Assembly: GCF_009914755.1 (NCBI RefSeq)
Contig: NC_060932.1
DNA length: 64,000 nt
Origin: the human T2T-CHM13v2.0 reference genome, Homo sapiens
Reading direction: 5' to 3' (one strand)
In this document: in pieces, positions 56,147-64,000 of the stretch
Layout of the letters: the number at the start of each line of letters is the position of its first letter
Numbering within the stretch: position 1 is the stretch's first letter
Made by a program: the position numbers and the translations under genes
Notes under the pieces: generated by a model
The model's database searches: none
What the model was told of the DNA's origin: nothing
What the model saw: only the letters and a program-made list of their open reading frames with translations

Positions 56147-56589
56147 TTAGGACAATAAATAATATAGTCACCTTTGTTTTAAATGAAAGCAAGTCACAGG
56201 TCATTTTCCAAAGAAGAGGAGCCAACAGGGAGAAGACAACTTTGTCTCCTTGATGGCCCCACAGATTAAATTCCAGCTTTGATTAGAAAGAACCTTTTTT
56301 TTTTGGTATGCCTCTTTTTCTCTAATTTGCACCTTTCTTCCCCTTTCCTCATGGGTCATGTTCCTACCTTTTGATCTCATTTAGCTTTTTTGGAGATGTA
56401 TATGTTTCATTAGTCTCATGAAAAAGTAGCTTTATTCATTAATTCTACATACATAAATATATATATACCTCAGTGTGTGAGTACAATTTATACACATACA
56501 CATATGTATAATTAATATCTTCCTTAGCCTTCTTAATTTTAGTATTTTTTTTCCAATTTATCTTAATTTTCCTTTTCTCCCCCTCTAGT

Positions 56590-56984
56590 CAGTTATATGA
56601 ACATATCACATGCTACACAACCAGTTCAGGATGAGCATTTTCTCATAAACTTTTTCTGGTACCCAGACTGCTTCCTCTTACCATCCAAAAGTCCATCCTG
56701 GCCAGGCATGGTGGTTCATTCCTATAATCCCATGACTTTGGGAGCCTGAGGCAGTAGAATCACTTGAGTCCAGGAGTTTGAGACCAGCCTGGCAACATAG
56801 TGAGACCTCATTTGTACAAAAAATAAAAATATAATTACCCAGGCATGGTGACACACACCTGTGGTCCCAGCTATTTAATTGAGAGGCTGAGGTGGGAGGA
56901 TTGCCTGAGCCCAGGAGGCTGAGGCTGCAGGGAGCTGAGATTGCACCACCCACTCCAGCCTGGGCAACAGAGCAAAACTGTCTC

Positions 56985-57015
<31 letters not shown>

Positions 57016-58040
57016 AAAACATAAGAAATGAAAGTCCACCCCAAGCTGAAGAAAGAGAAGCCTAGTTGGGCTCTAAATTTCTTGGGAGGAATCCCTAAAT
57101 CCACGTTTCCTCTTTGCAAGGAGATGGGGCAGGGAGAGCTAATTCTACCCCACAGGGCAAAAAAGGATTAATGGGTAATAAACACATTGCTCAATGGTTC
57201 TTGTGAAGCTTGCCCTTTAAAAAGAACATCCTCAGGACAGGTGTTTTCAGTGGCAGTGGCTCACACTGTTAGCTTTGGCAGACGGGCCTGGGCTCCTTCC
57301 CCCTGGAGCCTCTATCTGCCTCTGTCACCAGCAGTGACTAGTCTTGGATGTCTCATGCACTTGGCACTTTCTCTTAATCACTGACCCTGATTGCAGATAC
57401 CCAGCAGCTCTAGCAGTAACCCCCCTCACATCTGGCATCCACATCCATGCCTTGTCCAGGCTGTCAGTAATCATCCCCTTCAAGGCCAGGAAGTGGCTGG
57501 TCAACGAGGGGCACAGGGACTTGGTAGAAATGGCCGCCTGGATGGTGTGTACCTGATCCATCCCAGGCTGGCACCCCAGGAAAGTTCCTCAGTGGTTGGT
57601 GGAAGGTGTTGTGGGGGTTGGGCTGGACACTTGCCCCTTCCTTTGCAGAAGCAGTGTGGTACTTTCCAAACTTCTCCTGTCCATAGTTCCCTGAGTCTGT
57701 GTCCTGAAGGATCTGGCTGTACTTGACTTCCTTCTTCCAACATCAAGTTGATGAATTCACTGGACCACTGGATCTTCCAACACAGAACTTGTGTTCTTGG
57801 CTGGGGCAGCTTTGATGAGTGTCTTTCTGAGATCCAGCTCATCCTTTGCCCTCTGGATCAGCTTGGCCTTGGGCTTGGGGTAATATTTGTTGTCAGTCTG
57901 GGTATCCCTGTATTCAGGACCAGAGTTTCATCATCTCCCTCAACTTAGCCCAGAGGCACAGGACAGCACCACAAGCCCAGGCTAGGTCCCACCATCTTGC
58001 ACAGCCTTCACCATGGAAACAGCTATCTGGGCTGGCCAAA
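56590..58040 (-). pseudogene. MRPS7P1: Processed pseudogene of mitochondrial ribosomal protein S7 (MRPS7), antisense in KCNU1 intron 2
   Basis: Minus-strand translations: LRKTLIKAAPAKNTSSVLEDPV (MRPS7 [23 protein letters not shown]), EFINLMLEEGSQV (KFTNMMMIGGNKV), FLALKGMITDSLDK (FLAMKWMITECRDK), GSVIKRK (GPVIKRK). Intronless and frameshifted, with the start decayed to ATA at 58026. The CDS-like part is ~57325-58026 and 3' UTR-like sequence continues leftward across an Alu. The symbol suffix and UTR extent are from recall. Confidence 0.9.
56700..57020 (+). mobile_element. AluJ-like inserted in the MRPS7 pseudogene 3' UTR
   Basis: J-type motifs, with flanks AAAGTCCATCC (56688-56698) and AAAGTCCACCC (57031-57041). 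Confidence 0.9.
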
Positions 58041-58069
58041 TTTTCCAGCTTCTTGAGTTGAAATTAATT

Positions 58070-59900
58070 GTATCCGAATTTTTCCTCTGAGTACTTCTTT
58101 GGCTATATCTCAGAGACTCTGCAAGTAATGCTCTTATTTTTATTGATGCATAATTCATCTTTTAAGTTGTTTAAATTTTAATTTTGGTTTCTTGTTTGAT
58201 ACATTATCTATTTAGAGAAATGTTGTATGCTTTCACTTTCCTCGAATTGAGGGGTTTTCGATTGGGGATAGAGTGGCTATCTTTTCTACTTTGGTAGAAA
58301 TTTATGGTCCAAGAATGTCAAAGCTTTTATGATTTCTACTTCACGGAATTTATGGAGAAATTCTTTGTTGCCTACTACATGATCAATTTTTACTACCATG
58401 TAATGGTATTTTGAAAGACTGTCTATTTGATGTATAAGCAATACTAATTATGTTATATGTGTTTTTCATATCCTTAATTATTTGCTGAATGATTGAAAGG
58501 GACATGTCAGACAGCTTCATTTATAATTTTTTAGTTTTATTGACTGTCATGTATTTCCAGCAGACTTTGAAAGATATATTCTTATACGATATCCACTGAT
58601 ATACAAAGTCACCTATTGTATCTTCTTGGTTGACAGTGCCTTTCATCAATATGAAATATCCATCTTTGCCAAATTTTGTATTGTTTTTGGCTTTGTTTTG
58701 CTTTTGCTGGAATATTTTAGAATGCAATATTAGCATGTAACATTGATCCTCCTGTTTTCATTGTATTCCTACTGGACTAGGATATCTTTGCCCAGCTCTC
58801 TTTCAATCTTTCTTTCTTATTTCTTCTTAAGTATGTCTCTTGGAAGTGTCATATAGCTGGATTTTTGTTCTTGTGTTGTATTAAAAATACATTTATTTTT
58901 TAATTTGCCAGGAGAATGTAATCATTTTCCTTTATGGTGATCTATTTTATTGGTATTTATATTATAATATTTGGAGATTAAATATACTGCATAATAGAAT
59001 ATCTAAATATTAGTGGCTTAAACAAACAAATGGGAGATCTGTTAGCAAGAAAGAGAGAACAGGTATTGGACACACACTAGGAGCTCTGCTAGGGTCTGAA
59101 TTTCCTACCTCACCAGAGAGGCAGAACTACATGGTGATTGTGAATTTCAGGAGATTTCGGTTCAAACACTCGCGCCTCCACTTCCTAGTATGTAATCTTG
59201 AGTGAGTTAATTTTTCTAAATTGGAATTCATTCACATAATATGAATATAAAGGAGGCTATAATAACACCCATTAGAGTGTTGCAAGGAGAATTCTATCAT
59301 AATACATGTAAACCACTCAAGGCAGAGTAAGCACTGACCACTGGCTGATATTTACATTTCTACTTTTTTTTTTATTACTTTAATTTATTTTTTGGCATCC
59401 TCTAATGTGGATAATTTAATTTTAATAGACTATTATAGGGATTATGTAAATCAAATACAGAACAAACTGTCTGCCCTATATTTCTCTGTGTATCTTTGTG
59501 TGTTTGTTATGTCTATATGCTCCTTTTGTATGAGAATAATTGCACGGGAGTTCTGGTAGCATTATACATCTAGCATGATTTCTTCTTAATATTCGCTTTA
59601 AAGTTTAAAATTACATTGAAACCTAATTTTATCAGTTTTATTATGTACCAGTTTTTCTTACATAACACACTATTTCTTTCTGAATGTTTCTTCTTTTTTT
59701 TTTTTAAAGAAGTGCCCATATTCATTTGCCATGGGGAAGTGTGGGTAGTATACTTTCTGAATCTTTGAGTGTCCAAAAAAGTTTTTTTCTTGCTCTTACA
59801 AGTAAACAACAATGTGGTTGAGTTTAGAATTCTTGGCTTGCAATCTGTTTTTCCTAAAACTCTGTAAAAGCTGCTCCAGTGTTTTCTAGCACTGAGGGCC
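58070..59900 (-). mobile_element. Very old L1 fragments, with MIR-like sequence near 59140-59340
   Basis: ORF 58521-58736 (KDGYFILMKGTVNQED) is L1 endonuclease-like. ORF 59570-59902 (CKPRILNSTTLLF) is ORF1-like. Confidence 0.6.
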
Positions 59901-60255
59901 ACATGCCAGGTACTAAGCTATTGTCTAGCAGCTCCCAATGTAGCCTCTCTCCTCTGTTTTGTGAGGCGGGGCCAGAACTCAGCAAGTGTGTCTCTTCTGT
60001 AAGCCTGCTCCTAGACTGCCAATAGGGAGTACAAGACGAGGCATGAAGCCTAGAGGTCAGAAAAGGGAACCGCTTGTTGCTTCTGTGTTTCGTGTCTGTT
60101 CCTTTCAGTCCCACCTACTCAACAGATTTTTAGTCCAGTTGTTGTACTTGGTTCTTGTTTCCATTTTTTTTTCTTCCAACACTGCCACAAGCAGCTCACA
60201 GTGTCTCTGCAGAGGCACAATTACCATCCGTGCTGGACTCCTTCCTCTTAGGTCT

Positions 60256-61024
60256 TGAGGACTAAGCTCTGATTATTTTATCTTGCCCAAATTCCTATCT
60301 AAGGGATGTGGGGAGTCATGCCCTACAAACCATAAATTCTCATCAGATGGGTTTTATTTAACCCTATATATTGTGAGTTACTTTCCAATCTGAATGGCAT
60401 AACATTATGCCAGAAGAAGAAAGTCAAAATATTTTACCCCAAAACATGTTTATTTGCCATATTGTGAAATGGCCCTGCAAAGCTGTCCTTTGTGGGGGAA
60501 TATTTGCATCTGTAAAGAATCTCTATTAACATAGCTAGATCTTTTTCTTCCAGGCCTTCCCAATCCTGAAGAACTTAACTAAGAGTCCAGCACATTTTAA
60601 AGATCTGAATAGGAGACATTTGTCATCTATTGTCTCTGAGGGCAGCCATCATAAGACTTCAGAAGAACCTTGGTCTCCACAGTCTTTTACCTTAACCTGA
60701 ACATTTCCTTTCTATCAATCCCAGGTCTCCAGACAAACTCAACCAATTGTCAACCAGAAAATGTTTAAATTTACCTATATCCTGGAAGCTCCCCACCACT
60801 GCTTTGAGTCCTGCCTTTCTGGACTAAAGCAATGTATTTCTTAAATGTATTTGATTGCTGTCTCATGCCTCCCTAAAATGTGTAAAACCAAGCTGCACTC
60901 TGACCACCTTGGGCACATGTTCTCAGGATCCCCTGAGGGCTGTGTCACGGGCCATGGTCACTCATATTTGGCTCAGAATAAATCTCGTCAAATATTTTAC
61001 AGAATTTGACTCTTATCGTCGACA
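60256..61024 (+). mobile_element. MER4-family (MER4D/E-like) ERV1 solo LTR with 4-bp TSD GTCT
   Basis: TGAGGACTAAGCTCTGATT...CAGAATAAATCTC...CGTCGACA, with GTCT at 60252-60255 and 61025-61028. Confidence 0.9.
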
Positions 61025-61568
61025 GTCTGAATCCCAACTCCAAAGAGCACCTCTTTTAAACTACTAAATTTTGAGAATTCCAACCTCTTTTTTATTGATC
61101 CCCCAGGCACCGGGGTGCAGAAGCTCACAGTTAGTTATGCCCGTGTTCCTCTTTCTGCCTTTCTGATCCTCCAATCCTGCTTAATAAATTTTTAAAATTC
61201 AATTCTCTTAAAATGACTGGTGTGACTTCTGCTTTCCCTTCCCCATCCTGACTGATACAGATTAGAAAGGAGAATTACAAAGTCAGTCTTACTCTCTTTA
61301 GTTTGCAGATAACCCGTGTTTTTATATTTTCCAATATAGAAAGGTATAGCGTATCTTCAAAATCTGAAATTTCGCCATGATATGGCTGTGTGTGTGTCTT
61401 CTTTCAATGTTTCCTCCCTGACAAGTCTTGGTGGGCCTTTTCGATCTAGACTCAGGTTAGTTTTCAGTTCAGGGAATCATCTTTTGCTTTTTTATTTAGC
61501 TATTCTTTTTTTGGGAGGGGGGGCAGGGTAGAAGTGTTTGTTTTATCCTTTTAGAATGCCCATTATAG

Positions 61569-61899
<331 letters not shown>

Positions 61900-62805
61900 C
61901 TTGCACTTTTAATTATAATTTTTATCTCAGGTTTTTGCTTGGTGGTTTTGGAGAATTCCTTTATTCTAGTTCACTTTCATCAGTATCCATTCTGCTATTC
62001 AGTACCTCTATTGAGACATTAATTTTGTCAATCACATTCCCTCCTGCCCTAAGACTTCTCTCATTTTCTTATCATTCCTTCTGATTGTAGGCTGCATTTA
62101 TTTTATCAGTATAATATCCTCTCAAATCTCACTAGAAACTCTAATTGTAACTTTAAAATGCTGAATCGTAACAGATTCTGTGTTAACTCTTTCATGAAAG
62201 TCATTCCATATACTTTCTTTGCCTGATCCTCCTGTTTTCCTATACTTCTCATAAAACAGGCACTTATCCATGGTATGTTAATATGCCCAAGGTTTAGAGT
62301 ACTCCTGGTGCCCCTTTTAAACTGCATTGGATTTTGTTTCTTATCTGAAGACCCCCCACAACTATCCTCTAACTAAACAGGTTTTTTTAGATCCCATTGT
62401 GAAAATCAAAGTCCCAGGTTTCTATGTGTTTTCTCATAAAGATAAGCTTGGGGAATAAGGCTGGGGCCAGCAACTCTACAAACAAGGCTCTGTCTGGATG
62501 AGGTCTCCACTCTTTCAGTTAATTTTTCTTTGACTTCTTTCTGATGTGCTTCCTAGAAAAAGAGCTGTTGTCACTAGCCAAGAGGTTCCTCCTCTGAGAG
62601 TGCTCAGCCTCAGGGTGTCTCCTCTCGGCCACTATTTGGCTGGGTGGCCCCATCTCCAATCCATGGCCTCCATGGCTCAGGTAAAGGGCTTTCTACCTGT
62701 CTCTGAACAGCCAGCTCTTCCAGATTTTGCTCCTCCAACCCAATGAAAAATGTACAGCTCTTCTCAGAATTATCTTTCATTCCTACCCGACTCACTGAAC
62801 AGTGT

Positions 62806-63366
62806 CAGTCAGAGCCCTGGCATCAGAAAGTAGTCATCTTGCGAGTTGGTAAGAATGACTGACAACAGTATAGGTTTGAAAAAGGAAAGTGTTATTGGAA
62901 GGAAAGAAAACTGCAGTAGAGTTCAGCAACATGCTTCAGCAAAACAGGACTGAGTGTGCACCAATGTGCTTCAACAAAACAGGACTGAGTGTGCAGCAAG
63001 GTGCTTCAGCAAAACAGGACTGAGTATGTTGAGATGGATTTTTCCTTAGGGGTGTTTCTGGACCTTAAAGCAGGAGCTTAAGGGAAATTTGAACCATATT
63101 AGCCACATGGGTCATCATAAATGATTACATTTGTAGACATTGTGGTGCCTTGATGTCAACAAGGGTTGCGCAATGAGTTTCTACATGCATGCAATCCAGA
63201 GATGTATAGAAATTCTAGTTACTTATAAATTTGGGGGAAAGAAACATAGAACCAGATGCCTGCTTTAGATAATAGGAAAGTCTGATTAGTTGTAAATTCC
63301 TCAGTTAAGGAGTTTTGAATTTGGATGGTCTGCTTGATGGGCACCAGGTGATCTTTCCTCTCGTTA
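62806..63366 (-). mobile_element. ERV1 (MER4-group) solo LTR containing a 35-bp tandem triplication
   Basis: LTR-like GACAACAGTATAGGTTTGAAAAAGGAAAG and CCAGATGCCTGCTTTAGATAATAGG. GTGT on both flanks is a possible TSD. Family uncertain. Confidence 0.65.
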
Positions 63367-63885
63367 GTGTCCACAAATCTGTCAGCTCCCAGTGCCTTCT
63401 TTTGGTTTTAATATACATTTTGCTGTTGGTTTCCTATGATTTCTGGGTAATAATCTTTGGGTTTGTGGTATTCAATTCTTTGTTTCTATCTTTTTTTTTC
63501 TTTTTAAATGTACTTACATGTTTCTGTTCATTTCCATGGGGTGGGGGGGTTGTAAACGTAAGTAATATATGCCATCATCTTTCCAGAAATCTGTCAATAT
63601 TTGATTTTTACTTGAACCTTTTATGGGATTTCATAAGAGAAAAAATGTACATAATCATATGTAAAGAAAAGCAAAAGGATTTCCTTAAAATTATTAATAA
63701 TTATCAATATGCTGCTATTAAATGTATATATGTGTGTATATATACACACACATATATATATCTCCACTCCCAACAACTTTTCTGAGCTTCAGACCACAGT
63801 TGCAACTGAATATCTGCATGAAACCGTCAAACTTAGTACTATCTTCATCAACACTTAACCTAGATTTTTAAAATGGAACTTACAG

Positions 63886-64000
63886 GGCCAAGTGCCGTGG
63901 CTCACACCTGTAATCCCAGCACTTGGGAGGTCAAGGCGGGCAGATCGCTTGAGGCCAGGAGTTTAGGACCAGGCTGTCCAACATTGTGAAATCCCGTCTC
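63886..64000 (+). mobile_element. Alu left arm, cut by the window edge
   Basis: GGCCAAGTGCCGTGGCTCACACCTGTAATCCCAGCAC... Confidence 0.9.

Noticed and set aside
57187-58061. Cluster of overlapping ORFs as a novel gene or further KCNU1 exon
   Set aside because: Explained by the GC-richer, frameshifted MRPS7 retrocopy on the minus strand. No channel-like peptide on the + strand.
62924-63028. CRISPR-like array
   Set aside because: The units are contiguous with no unique spacers, there are no cas genes, and the context is a eukaryotic LTR.
63315-63785. 156-aa hydrophobic ORF as a membrane protein or KCNU1 exon 3
   Set aside because: It has a non-ATG start within an LTR, its T-rich sequence yields Phe/Leu by composition, and it shows no Slo S1 similarity.

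Overview
This is repeat-rich primate genomic DNA, not microbial; it is almost certainly human, at the KCNU1 locus (recalled as 8p11.23). The only protein-coding gene I can support is the 5' end of KCNU1 (Slo3, the sperm-specific pH/voltage-gated K+ channel) on the + strand. Coding exon 1 is 46469-46663 and exon 2 is 49364-49483, both with phase-0 GT-AG boundaries. I found no further KCNU1 exon, so intron 2 appears to run past the end of the window. Intron 2 holds an old antisense processed pseudogene of MRPS7 (~56590-58040) that is interrupted by an Alu. The ~46 kb upstream is intergenic and packed with L1, Alu, MaLR/ERV solo LTRs, a Tigger-type DNA transposon and simple repeats. It also contains a tailless 5S rRNA retrocopy with a 17-bp target-site duplication (TSD), a twin-primed 5'-inverted L1 and a near-consensus CTCF motif. 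Nearly all ORFs in the supplied track are repeat-derived or chance. I see no evidence for an undescribed multi-gene system. The most testable ideas concern KCNU1 regulation (RFX box plus CRE half-site, upstream AUGs, cryptic and recursive-like splice sites, upstream solo LTRs) and retrotransposition history. Repeat subfamily names are recalled from consensus sequences and need RepeatMasker/Dfam confirmation.
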